From Pelomyxa schiedti (taxonomy: Eukaryota > Protista > Evosea), in the NCBI GenBank assembly GCA_020536535.1, contig JAHLWZ010000218.1, forward strand, positions 1 through 44,897: a stretch of 44,897 nucleotides of DNA, given 5' to 3'. The position numbers and the translations under genes are program-made. Position 1 is the first letter of the stretch; each line of letters begins with the position of its first letter. The notes under the pieces are model-generated. The model saw only the letters and a program-made list of their open reading frames with translations, did not search any database and was not told the origin of the DNA. Shown here one piece after another: positions 1 through 10,578 of this stretch.

Positions 1-1631
1 AAGTCATGCTGATGACCTTTGGCAATGCTATCACGATTTATCCGAATACAACAACCACCACCGATCCAATTGTGATTGAAGGTGAAACTTTGCATGATTA
101 TGATGCACTGTGGCAAATCGGGAACAAGATTGACATCGAGGCAATGCAACCAATCGGAAAGACGAGGGAATTGCTTTCTAAGCAAGGTATTCAAGAGCAA
201 AACCATCTTCACTCTTATTAATACCTCCAGTTGTTGGACTTGAGGAAGAGGGAGCAACATGCCTTGGCCCAGCCCTTGTAATTGCTGTATCACTGTGTGC
301 ACAGGTGAAGAGCCGGAGTGAAATAGTTTTAATGACTGATGGGCTCAGCAATGTGGGCCTTGGGGCACTGGAAGTTCACACAGAGGAAGCCAAGTACTCC
401 TCTTAACACCCTTATCGGCATCAACTAATTGACTTCAGGGCCACAGCAGCAAATTTCTACAAAGAAATAGGCGAAAAAGCCCTGGAAACAAATACAACCA
501 TCAGTATTATAGGGTTGGAAGGACAGGTAACTTGTCATTTTTTCCTCTGTTTATTCCCTGACTCGATTCAGGACTCAACACATGGAAAAGCACTGGACCA
601 TACCCGTTGCGATGTCGCACTCGAGACACTGGGTAATTGTGCTGATGCAACACACGGAACAGTACTTTTCTTGGTCGTAGTAGCTTTTCTCCTAACTCAG
701 AAAAAGGTCAACATAGTGAATCCCCTAGAGCTTCTACGACAGGTACAGCTTTTTGTCACCAGGAAATAAGGAAACTCGCACTCATTCTCCACTAGATCCG
801 TCTAATTCACCAAAATCCCATAATTTCAACTGATGTGAAAATCTCGTTTGCGCTTCCACCGACTATTGAAGTGGTTGACGAAGAGTTCAAGAATGCTGCC
901 CGCCATGCTGGTGTGTCACCTGTTACAGCCGCCGCAACGCCAGTAGAAACAGACGAAGTAAAATCTACTTTGATATTCAAAGGAATCCAACTCTGTTTAG
1001 GTTACGCAGCTATTCACCCAGCTCAATGATAAAAAGGACGCAGCTGTGGAAGCAGAAGATTTTGATTTAGCTAAACAGATAAAATCCGAACTGGCCATAT
1101 GTGACCGCTTGAAAGAAATTGATGAAAACAAGAAAAAGGCAATAGCCGCTGAAGACTATGCTCAAGCCAAACAATTCAAGCTAGAATATGAAGAATTGCG
1201 GGCCACCATCACATCTGTACCTGTCACCGCATCAACTTCCACCTCAAGTGCAACTGCAGCTACACCTACACCTCCAGCTACAACTGCAAGCACTTCCACA
1301 ACAACCTCAACTTCATCCAGAAAACACAAACACAAACACGCACACGCAACTTCATCAGCACCAAAATTGGCACAAGTTGTAGTTGGTAATGCAACTGCAG
1401 AAATGGACCAGACTTATGAACTTAGAACCCTTCCTCCAGTCCCTGGCCGTCCCGCTCCTGCTGTCCCCCACGCTTTGCCAGTGCAGGTGATCCTCTTTAC
1501 CCTTCTCTCTTGATGAAAATCTGATAATAACATGCTTACATTACAGGCTCAAATCCATTACACTCTGCTTAACGGGCAGAAGAATATGAGGGTTATTACC
1601 AAGTCATGGAACACAACAGTGAACCGCTCTG
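1..1631 (+). CDS. Partial (vWA + UVR region) second copy of the Ras-ZnF-vWA gene
   Basis: Near-identical to 18692-20323: same exons ([36 protein letters not shown]) with scattered substitutions. Truncated by the window start and the N gap. Confidence 0.85.
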
Positions 1632-1731
1632 NNNNNNNNNNNNNNNNNNNNNNNNNNNNNNNNNNNNNNNNNNNNNNNNNNNNNNNNNNNNNNNNNNNNN
1701 NNNNNNNNNNNNNNNNNNNNNNNNNNNNNNN
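1632..1731. other. Assembly gap (100 N)
   Basis: Run of exactly 100 N, a typical placeholder for a gap of unknown size. Confidence 1.
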
Positions 1732-2042
1732 CTGTGTGTCCACATTGGGAGCTCCCACATCGAGCCCATTGTGATTTTACCTCCACCTTCTCCACTTGGG
1801 TAGTGTTTTTTCACATTTTGAGACCACCCTTTGGGAACAGCTTGGAACCCACTCTGGGTGTGATTCGAAATCACAGTGCATCTGCGAGAATAGAATACAG
1901 TAAGGGGAACAAAAACTTTGATCATTCCCAGACCATCACAGTTTCATGATGGACATTGTCTCTCAGACACGCCAGCTACAGTAGCTGGTTTTGCTCAAAA
2001 CAGAGGTTAAGAGCTGTTGTCAAATGTTTGTGGGTCAATTAC

Positions 2043-4372
2043 TCAGTCACCACCACCAACCAGAGAATGAGAGAGGGACTGAATGGCATCGGAGGATGAC
2101 ATCCTTGTCTCCTTGTCGGCCGCCATCATGCGTACCAGTACATTCTTTATCTGGTTTTGAATGTTGGTCATGCTGCTTGTCGAAGTGGCCGTTGAACTGC
2201 TCTGAGTTGTGAGTGATGGTGAAGGAGTCGGGAAGAACGAGAGGGGGTCAGGGAACGAGGCCATGAGCTTGGCAGGTGTGAACGTGGACATGTTGTGGTT
2301 CTGCGGGCTCCCGATGAACTTGTGGTCTGTTGGGAGGAGGGTATCATAGAAGGTGACAGCAAGTGCAAAGGAGTCACACTTGGAATATGAGAATTGTGAT
2401 GTGCCAGTGGCCCTGAGTGTCCTCGTGAGTGTGCTCAACTCTGGTGGCATCGTGCCTGTGTTCCCCCACAGTTGTTGCTCAGATGACAATGTGACCTCGA
2501 GGTCTGATCTTGGGCATCTTGTTGCCTCACCAAAGTCAATTAGAGACAGTGTGTTTGTCACTGGATCAACCAACAGGTTATCCTCTTTGATGTCCCTGTT
2601 TTGGTTTGTGTAGGTAATATTGACAATATATATATTGAGAGCTTGGGTTTAACCTGTGAACAATCTTGTTGATTTCAATGTGGTTCACTGCCTTGAGTGC
2701 CTGTTGGAATGTTTTCAGTGTCATTTCCCAAGGTGGAAGAGGAGGAGCTTTGGGTGATGAGGGCAGAAGGGATTGGAGAAATGAGGACAGTGGGATTCCG
2801 CCAAGTGGCATTATAAATGCAAGTGACTTATGCCATCTCTCTGAATACAATCTGACTTGGTGGAATTTGCTCAATAAACTCGTCAGGCAATCTGTGAACA
2901 GATTAGAGGATATTGATGGCGGGACCTGACCTGGGAATGACAAGTGCGCCAAGTGGTTGGATCACATTTGGATGTGCTGGCATGGAAGAGAGAATAACAC
3001 ACTCGGCCATGTATTTCTGCCGCAGCCTTGTGTGCCTTGGTGTGTTCTCCCAGTTGAAGAGCACTTTCATCACCATGGACTCGTTTCTGCTTTCCAGGTA
3101 TGATGGGAAACCACCACCGAAAAACCCCACTTGGAAAGCCACAGCACTGGCTCCTGTGCCCAGGAGTTTCTTTGGAGTGAAGTCAGAAATGTCGGCTGGA
3201 ATCAATGAAGTCATCTGTCCAATCAGTTCCTTTTGTTTGTTGGTTGGTGTTGGTACTTTTTTTTTTTAAACCTTCACTTGCTTGGTTTTGTGCCTGGACA
3301 ATGATAGTTTTCTGCTCAGATTCGTATTTTCTCCTGCCAATTTCTCATTCTTAGCTTTGAGACAAGTCACTTCTTTTTTTTATGGGTAACATTTCGATGT
3401 GTTTTGTTGAAACCTTCTAAAGCTGAGGACAATTTGCTGTTTATGGTTCTTGTTTCCATCTCCAGTTGTGTTATTCTCAGGTCGGCTGCAGTTCTCTCCT
3501 GTGTGTGTCTTATTTTAGAGATCAATCAAGAGGTGGGTTGTACATCCGCCAGTTGTTTCTTTAAAGAGTCAACTTGCTGCGGGTTTCATTAGTGTTTAAG
3601 GTTTTACCTGACAACACACCTCTGCAGAATGTGTACTCTCTTCAGAGATTTGTTCTTTCAAGGATTTAACTTGCGCTTTCAATGTTTTAACAAGGATATC
3701 TTGTTTTGCAGAGTTGTTCTTCTTGTTGTGACTCGGTGAAGATGACAAGAAGATGTTTGCGGCACTGTGCCCAAACTGGGCAGCCCTCTTCAGCCAGTCA
3801 TCACCATCCCTGAGGCACATTCCAAGGTGAAACATTGAAACGGGATCACCATACTCAGCCCCCATCAGAAAATATCCAACAGCTGCTCTCTTGTCTGTTG
3901 GAGCTCCACAGTCACCCCTTTGACAATACACACCAAGTTCCCCAAGTGCCTCTGCGCCCCATGCTGCACCCTTTGCCTTGCTATACAACTCATAAGCCTT
4001 GTCAGTATCCTGGACAACACCAATACCCCTCTGATGACAATACCCAAGGAACACCATGGCCCTTCCGCACCAGCATTGAGCAGCTCTGTTGAGTAGTTTC
4101 ACCGCATATGCCACGTCCATTGCCACGCCACACCCCCACAAGTAGCACCACCCAAGGTGTGCCTGTGCTTCATCACTGTTACCAGACTGTTGGATGAGCG
4201 TCACAGCCTTGGCCCAGTCTTTTTCAACACCCTCACCACGCAAATAACACACACCTAGCCGCCATGAGTGCTCTGATTGTGTATGAATTGCACTGTTGTA
4301 GAGTGACACAGCCCTTTGTGGGTCACACTTCACACCCACACCGTGCTGGTAGCGCCACCCAAGCCGGACCAT
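2043..4372 (-). CDS. Sel1-repeat + coiled-coil + Ser/Thr kinase (PINK1-like kinase domain); multi-exon, possibly frameshifted
   Basis: Sel1 repeats (LGVCYLRGEGVEKDWAKAV, LGYCHQRGIGVVQDTDKAYELY). Kinase motifs LGTGASAVAF, VMK, HPNV, spliced HRDIKEDN, DFG, GNTGTMPPE. The start at ATG 4372 is uncertain. Confidence 0.8.
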
Positions 4373-4442
4373 CTCCGCAGCGTCGCTTTGGTGTGTTCCC
4401 GCCAAATTAATTAGTTCAATTTGATGTGCTGAACCAAAAAAA

Positions 4443-5545
4443 ATGGGTAATGGTAACACCACGCCAGTCAGGGAAAGCGGCGATGAACAGAATGAAACTC
4501 CACCCACCACATCTACTCCTTGTTACGAACCTCCCTGTATGTTGTTGCTCGGTGTACCTACGTTCTTACCTTGACATCAGATATACGGAATACTAACTTT
4601 AAACGTGTGAAAATTCTACTGATGGGAGGTAGTTCTCTTCTTGCTTAGTTATAATTAACAATGAACAGAACGTGGTGCTGGGAAAACTTCTTTTTGTTGT
4701 CATTTTGCGGTGTGCAGTTCTCCAGTTTTGTATTTGAATCTTATGGAAAAAGGGTGAAGAATACCCACCCGCAAGTCCTGGAGACGAGGTAAGGTCACTC
4801 TTCTTGCAAACTTAAGGGTCATTTTTCCCAGTTTTTAAAATATATAGACACCTGAACTGCTCGATAATGTTGGTAACCACCTCACAACAATGAAGTGAAT
4901 TCTCCTCACACAATACAGCAGGATAACATTGACCATCATGTAACCACACCTGACCCACCTTCCTAACTGAAGTGGGAACACTGAATGAACAGGACTCACC
5001 CTGGCGTGGGGCTTCATTTGGCCTGCTTTTTTATGATGTTCAGTATCCCCCGGAAAACTTTAAATCATGGATAAGGGAATTTGAAATGTTGGGAGTGGAC
5101 ATTCACATTAATCAACTCACACTACCTGCAGGTATACTCCTCCATTCTTACGCCCAGAGCTCATTGTGGTTGGGAACAAAATTGACTGCACACCACACAT
5201 ACCCCCCAATGTTCAGGTGCTTCTCTTTATTTGTTTCACATGAAACAATTAAAATAATTCTCACTCCCTGCCTATTCCACATAATCAGACCCTTCTGGAC
5301 CGAGGAGGGTACTCCTCCTTGTGTGTTTCCTCTGTTTTGATGCACACTAACTATTGAACAGCAACATCAGCATTAAAACTGGTGCTGGGCTGGACAGACT
5401 GTGGGAATACATTCACAAACAAATTGTAGCCAAGTACTGCTGTGTGCTTCTGTGGGATGTAGTTTGTTGTGTGACGGCAAAGCAGAGAACAAGAACGAGA
5501 TCAAGAAAGGATTCTATTATTTGTTCTGTTTGTTTAGATTTGTGA
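4443..5545 (+). CDS. Divergent Rab/Ras-superfamily small GTPase, multi-exon
   Basis: Manual splicing gives MGNGNT...VKILLMGERGAGKTSF (P-loop), WRGASFGLLFYDV, LIVVGNKID (G4) and ISIKTGAGLDRLW (G5). Middle exons are uncertain and no DxxG G3 motif is seen. Confidence 0.7.
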
Positions 5546-5761
5546 GGTTTAAGTCGTGATTCTAAGGTCGGAGTGTGTCGGGCTTATAAGGACTCGAAAA
5601 CGACTTGAAATCGAGGTGAACGATCAGGTAGATTTCCGCGAACTTGATTTCCTAAGATGTCAGGTCCGAGTGCTGACTCAGCAGGTCAGTCTCCCAGTCT
5701 CGGCGTTCGCGCTCGTGCTCGCAGAGAGTTTGCTTGTGTATTCTACAGAATCACACACTGC

Positions 5762-5827
5762 AGTGATGATGGGCTTTGAAATAATGGTTGACTTCACAGG
5801 AAAGAAAAAATAGTGATGATGGGCTTT
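5762..5827. repeat. 16-bp direct repeat AGTGATGATGGGCTTT (5762-5777, 5812-5827) enclosing a 17-mer also found at 7117-7133
   Basis: Read directly from the sequence. Confidence 0.85.
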
Positions 5828-6052
5828 TCTTTTACTTTACCCACATACTATGATATAGAATATAGTATATATATGAATAGTATGTATATGATGCTGTTGT
5901 GGCTGCTCCTTGTGGGCGGTTGTATGCCATTTCATTAGTTTGGGCCTGTAGCTCCATCACTGGGATTCAACGAAACGGCGGACGAAGCCACAACTACAAA
6001 CTACACGCCGGCACCTCCGCCACGGCGAGGAGGAGTCCCCAGGATCGAGGCA

Positions 6053-7120
6053 GTGATCAGGGCGCGAGACCAGTTCGTGGCCGTTGCGACAGGCGCACTG
6101 GTGGGCAGGTGCGGTGTTGGGAGCCCAGTGACCGCGGCGTGGTCTCGGGGCACCATCGCGTCGCTGTGGGAGTTTGGCCGCTCCTGGGTCCTGTGCCCCT
6201 CCACGCCCATCGGCATGACCCTGCTGTCGAGGGACACCCAGACCGTGTGGGGTCCGGCAAAGGTCCACGTGTCGATGGGCCTGTCGCCCACGCTCGGGGT
6301 GGTATACTGTGAATGCCTCGAGAGCGTGCCAGCGAGCATGGCCGAGGCGCTTTGCCACGTCGTGGGCGCCATTGGCAGAAATCGCCTCGTGATGGAGGGG
6401 ATCTTCTCTTGGTCCGTTGTTGATGGGCCTGGTGGGAATCCGCGCATGGAGCAGCCTTTGAAGGGTGGACATGTCGTGTGCAGCCAAAGTTGGGTTGTGA
6501 GGAAGACCGCCAGGTCGTTGGCCTTGTGGAAGGTCCACGAAGGAGAGCCACAGGAAGATGACCCACTGCACACTGCCAGTGCAAAGTTCCGAGCACAATT
6601 TCTCCACATCAGCGGCGACACTCTGGCGATGTGGGGTGGCAGCAGAAAAAGGTCAAGAGTATGTTCAGGCAGGGCCGTGTTCGTCGACCTGCAGAAAACA
6701 TACACAAGCAATGCGGTGTCCATCATCGACCAGTGGGAGTTCCCAGGCCTTACATGTGATGAAGTTGTGGGAGCGCTCCCAATCTGCACATTGCAGACAC
6801 ACAACATTGGAAAGGGTGACTTGGTTGTTAGTGTGCACCACCATCATCACAATTCAAGCGCAATCACTTTCCGTAACAGTACTGCCATCTGTTTTGCTGG
6901 CGAGAACAAAGTATGGGTTACTCACAGAGGGCCACCGATCAAGCACTGCTTTTACAACCTGGGTGATACCTCAACACCCATTTTCAGTTGTGACCAGGTG
7001 GCAGCATTGTCGATGCACATACCGCCGAGGCAAGGTGTGATACCAGTGCAGGTTGCACCACTAGAAGTTGTGTTTGTTGACATCAACACTGGCTCTCACC
7101 TTGCTGTGTTGTCTCTTTGA
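6053..7120 (+). CDS. Hypothetical protein with one long exon; true start probably upstream
   Basis: 355-codon open frame beginning ARDQFVAVATGALVGRCG, with a GC-rich 5' part. No domain recognised. Confidence 0.6.
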   Translation: MIRARDQFVAVATGALVGRCGVGSPVTAAWSRGTIASLWEFGRSWVLCPSTPIGMTLLSRDTQTVWGPAKVHVSMGLSPTLGVVYCECLESVPASMAEALCHVVGAIGRNRLVMEGIFSWSVVDGPGGNPRMEQPLKGGHVVCSQSWVVRKTARSLALWKVHEGEPQEDDPLHTASAKFRAQFLHISGDTLAMWGGSRKRSRVCSGRAVFVDLQKTYTSNAVSIIDQWEFPGLTCDEVVGALPICTLQTHNIGKGDLVVSVHHHHHNSSAITFRNSTAICFAGENKVWVTHRGPPIKHCFYNLGDTSTPIFSCDQVAALSMHIPPRQGVIPVQVAPLEVVFVDINTGSHLAVLSL

Positions 7121-7177
7121 CTTCACAGGAAAGCAGGAAAGAAAAAGTGTGCCTTTCTTTTTTAGCCACCTCTTACT

Positions 7178-9373
7178 TTATCCGGACTTCTTCTTCTGAA
7201 AGCACCACCACAGTGTATCAAGTTGGTGCTTCCTGAGGCACTCGGAAATAATGAATATCGTTACATAGTCGGGTGTCAGGTGGAACTGTTCATAAACCCA
7301 CTGTACAGATAGGATGTGCCCATTTATGCACGGCATCATGAACGCCTGTGCATTCTCCTGTTCCACATCCTCCAATCCCAGCCCAAACCTGGATGTTATC
7401 CATCTGGCCACCGCGACATTTCCCTTCATACAGGTTGCCCTCAGTGCCTTGCAGTTTTCCCTTCTGCAGTCCTCTGCTGTCACATTGAACCTCTCCACAA
7501 TGTCCTGCACAATTTCCACAGAAGAGCTGCTGCACAGCGAGGGGAACCACTGCTTGACTGACTCTGACACGTCCCCGATGATGTGGCATTGTGTGAGCCT
7601 ATCGAAAAGGTACCTGTTCTGTATGATAGAAACAGGGGGGCAGCTGAACGTACTACATGTGTGCTTGGTTCCGTAGGTGGACATGAGCCATTCCAGTACA
7701 TCTGTATGGCCGTGGGAAAAGGCCTGTTCCATGCACAATGAGCCGTGCATCAGCATCATTAGGGAGTCACATGGGTGTGTGTTGTGCATCCACTGCAAGA
7801 CTCTCAGGTGACCGAGCTTGCAGCAGTTGCACATTGCTGTGGACCACTCTCTTTCAGTGCTGAGGGCACCGTTGTTCATAACCCACTGTGCTGTTGATGG
7901 GTTACCACTGTTACAGGCCTCAATAAACAGCGTTTGTTTGTAGAGGGTAAGGTCGCATGGGTTCTTGGTCACAAGCCATTGAGCTCCTTTTTTGAGTTAA
8001 TGAGTAATTGGCTTTGGGAATAGCTTTCATTCTAACCTTCGGTGTTTCCTTTCGTCACGCATTTGTGTGCTGAAAGTGCTGCGCTTTGTGGTTTTGATCT
8101 CCATTTTGGGAATGTTTCAACCAACCAGTGAGCGATATCATTGTGGCCTTCTTCAAATGCCTCGAGCACAAACATTCCAGCTTCAAACTTCTTGAGTGCT
8201 TTTCCAGTTAAATACTTGCCAGTGATCCATTTTGCCACTTCTAGATGTCCATTTCTGCAAGCCTGAAGAAGGCATGTTCCACAATCAGAAATGCTGTATT
8301 GTTCAGAGAGCCACATGGCCACTGCAAGGTGGTCATTTCTGCATGCCAGACTTATTGGGCTGTAGAGCATGGAGATGAGGCCAACACCGGAGCACAACGA
8401 TACTGTATTGATATCCACCGGAGTATAATTGAATGCCTTTACAAGCCACTTAAGAGTTTCAAGCTGGCCGGCCCAACAACACACGCTTGGCTTGGCATCA
8501 AGCTTCCCAATGGAAAATTGCTACAACTATGTGAGAACTAGAGTTAAAAAAATAGGAAAACACCTTGGCAATGTACGCAGAGTTATCCACATTTCCAACC
8601 ATACAGCTCAGATCAAATGACAGTTTCCCAATTGCTCTTCGAGAGAATGAAGTGATACTAAAATCAGAAGCGTACTTTGAGTAAATCCATCTTGTGAGCT
8701 TCATTCACTGCAGGTAAGTGGCCATGTATGTAGAGCAAAGAGGGGGGGAGGGGTAAAAAAAACCTTGTGAGAACCAAGTGCCACAGCAACTCCAAGGCTA
8801 CAAAAAGGCCCTAGCAAATTGACGAGCCTGCGGCCAAACAGAGCCACCAGCGGGAACATAGCCTCCGCAATAGCAGCCACATCCCTCACCACTGTCTCCC
8901 TGCTCCCTGTAACAAACTTTGTGCCGTCATCGTTAAGCCCCACACACTTCCAACAAATTAGCATACACACATGCACATGCACACATACACACGCACATGC
9001 GCACATGCGCACACACCCCCTCCAACAAGCGCAGGTCGTCCTCGGCCATCCTGCACCCCCCCGCGGCGTCGCTGGTTGCCCCGCTTGCTGGGGCTGCTGG
9101 CCTCGGCCGAGCCGCCGCCGCCGCTGCGGTAGTGTGCGTGCTGGCCCTGCCCCTGGCCTCGGCGTCGGCCTCGTCCCCGCACCGCCGCTGCATGAGGGGG
9201 CACCACGCCCCGCCCACCACGCGGGGCAGCTGCCCGTCGACCGCCCCCACGGGCATCATCCACGGCACCACGTGCAGCCACACGCAGTGGCACTGGCTCA
9301 TCATCTCCCTGAGCGTCGTCGATGATGATGGCGCCGTCGTGGCCGCTGGTACTTGTGGGCCGTTGTCTCCCAT
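7178..9373 (-). CDS. Ankyrin-repeat protein, multi-exon
   Basis: Repeated ankyrin-like units: ACRNDHLAVAMWL, ACRNGHLEVAKWI, CCKLGHLRVLQWM, AFSHGHTDVLEWL, TCMKGNVAVARWI. GC-rich first exon from ATG 9373. Confidence 0.8.
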
Positions 9374-9515
9374 TTCGTTAGTTTTGGTTTCGAATTCTTC
9401 CGTTTTTTGTATTATTACTGGCGGTTGTTTGGGTGCAATGGGTACATTCACATTATCAAACATGTTTGGGTACACTTTACAAGTGTTGGGTGTGTGTGAG
9501 TAGTGTAAAGCGTGG

Positions 9516-10465
9516 TCAGAAGTCGGTCTCGTCATCAAACTGGAGAGGCTCACTGTTGTTTGGGTGTGTGATTAGGTAACGTTTGAATGGAATGGTGCGG
9601 TACCTATCTTCGGCCATGGATTCAGTGGTACTACTCCGGCTCTTACACCAGCAACAGAAAAACAGGATTCGCTTCAGGCTTTTGTTGAAGAAAAAGTAGT
9701 TGAATGACCACCTACATAAAAATGAGAAGAAATAGGCGGAAGCGGAAGCCTCACAAGGTTCCTGGCTCGGAGAAGGGTCCGGAATCTTCATCAGGGTGGT
9801 ATGTATATATCTCGCAATGTGAAAGCGATACTTCCCTATCAATTACAGACCAGAGCTTTGGGCCAACCACTAGCATTGTTATTAGTGTAAGTGAGTTGGG
9901 GTTTCGGGTTTTACCTGGGAGGTAGTCTGGAACGGAGGCAAGCGAGGCATTGATGTTGTTAATGGCTTCATGGGGCATAGTCTCGCGAGTGAATGCTTCA
10001 GGCCTCTCGTCCGAAAAGTCGTAATCGGGGAATGTTGCATTGAGAGTTGAAAGTAAGTTGAAGTAAGTGGTCTTGCCGCTCTGCATCTCCAGGAAATCCC
10101 TATCCAACGTAGGGGACGTGGAAAAGGGTGGGGTTGTTGTCAACGAAGGCGGTGGAGAGCCAACGAGCGCAGAAGGCACATCTACACCCTTGGGCCGTTC
10201 CTCTTGGAACCACTTTGAGTGTAGAGACTGGTACAGCTTCTTCTCGGACCCAGCCTTTTTGCCTGGAGTGTAACTTGTTATTTTTGTGTAAGTAGTGTTA
10301 TTAATACTTCAGGCGTGAACACCATACACTTATGTCATACTAAAAAAAAGAAAAAAACGTACAGGAAAAGGCCTGTATGAAAGCGTGCAACACGGTGTCG
10401 GATACGACGACATTAGACAGCAGTTCGTTTATTTCAACCAAACTCGGCAGCGACAGAAACTTCAT
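9516..10465 (-). CDS. MAF1: Repressor of RNA polymerase III transcription Maf1
   Basis: MKFL... N-terminus, spliced [62 protein letters not shown], and an acidic tail. Confidence 0.93.
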
Positions 10466-10578
10466 TCTAACGCACACACCTCCTCGGTTTTTTTTATGTT
10501 ATTTGTTTTTTCAATAATTCCTGGTTTATTGATTTCAGATCCCGCAGGGGAATACAGTCACACGAAAAAAGGTCATTC

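Noticed and set aside
1732-2040. Short ORFs next to the first gap
   Set aside because: No recognisable motif and truncated by Ns, so they cannot be supported.
5763-5830. RTGATGA box C motifs suggesting C/D snoRNAs
   Set aside because: No suitably placed downstream CTGA box D or terminal stem was found. Better explained as a direct repeat.
5899-7040. Long overlapping antisense or alternative-frame ORFs (also at 8819-9503, 10494-11489, 24100-24656)
   Set aside because: Shadows of GC-rich or low-complexity coding exons with no independent coding signal.
9516-10465. Functional clustering of MAF1 with tRNA genes, or of REP with the GTPases
   Set aside because: They are kilobases apart with unrelated genes between, and GTPases are abundant in amoebae. 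Coincidence is sufficient.
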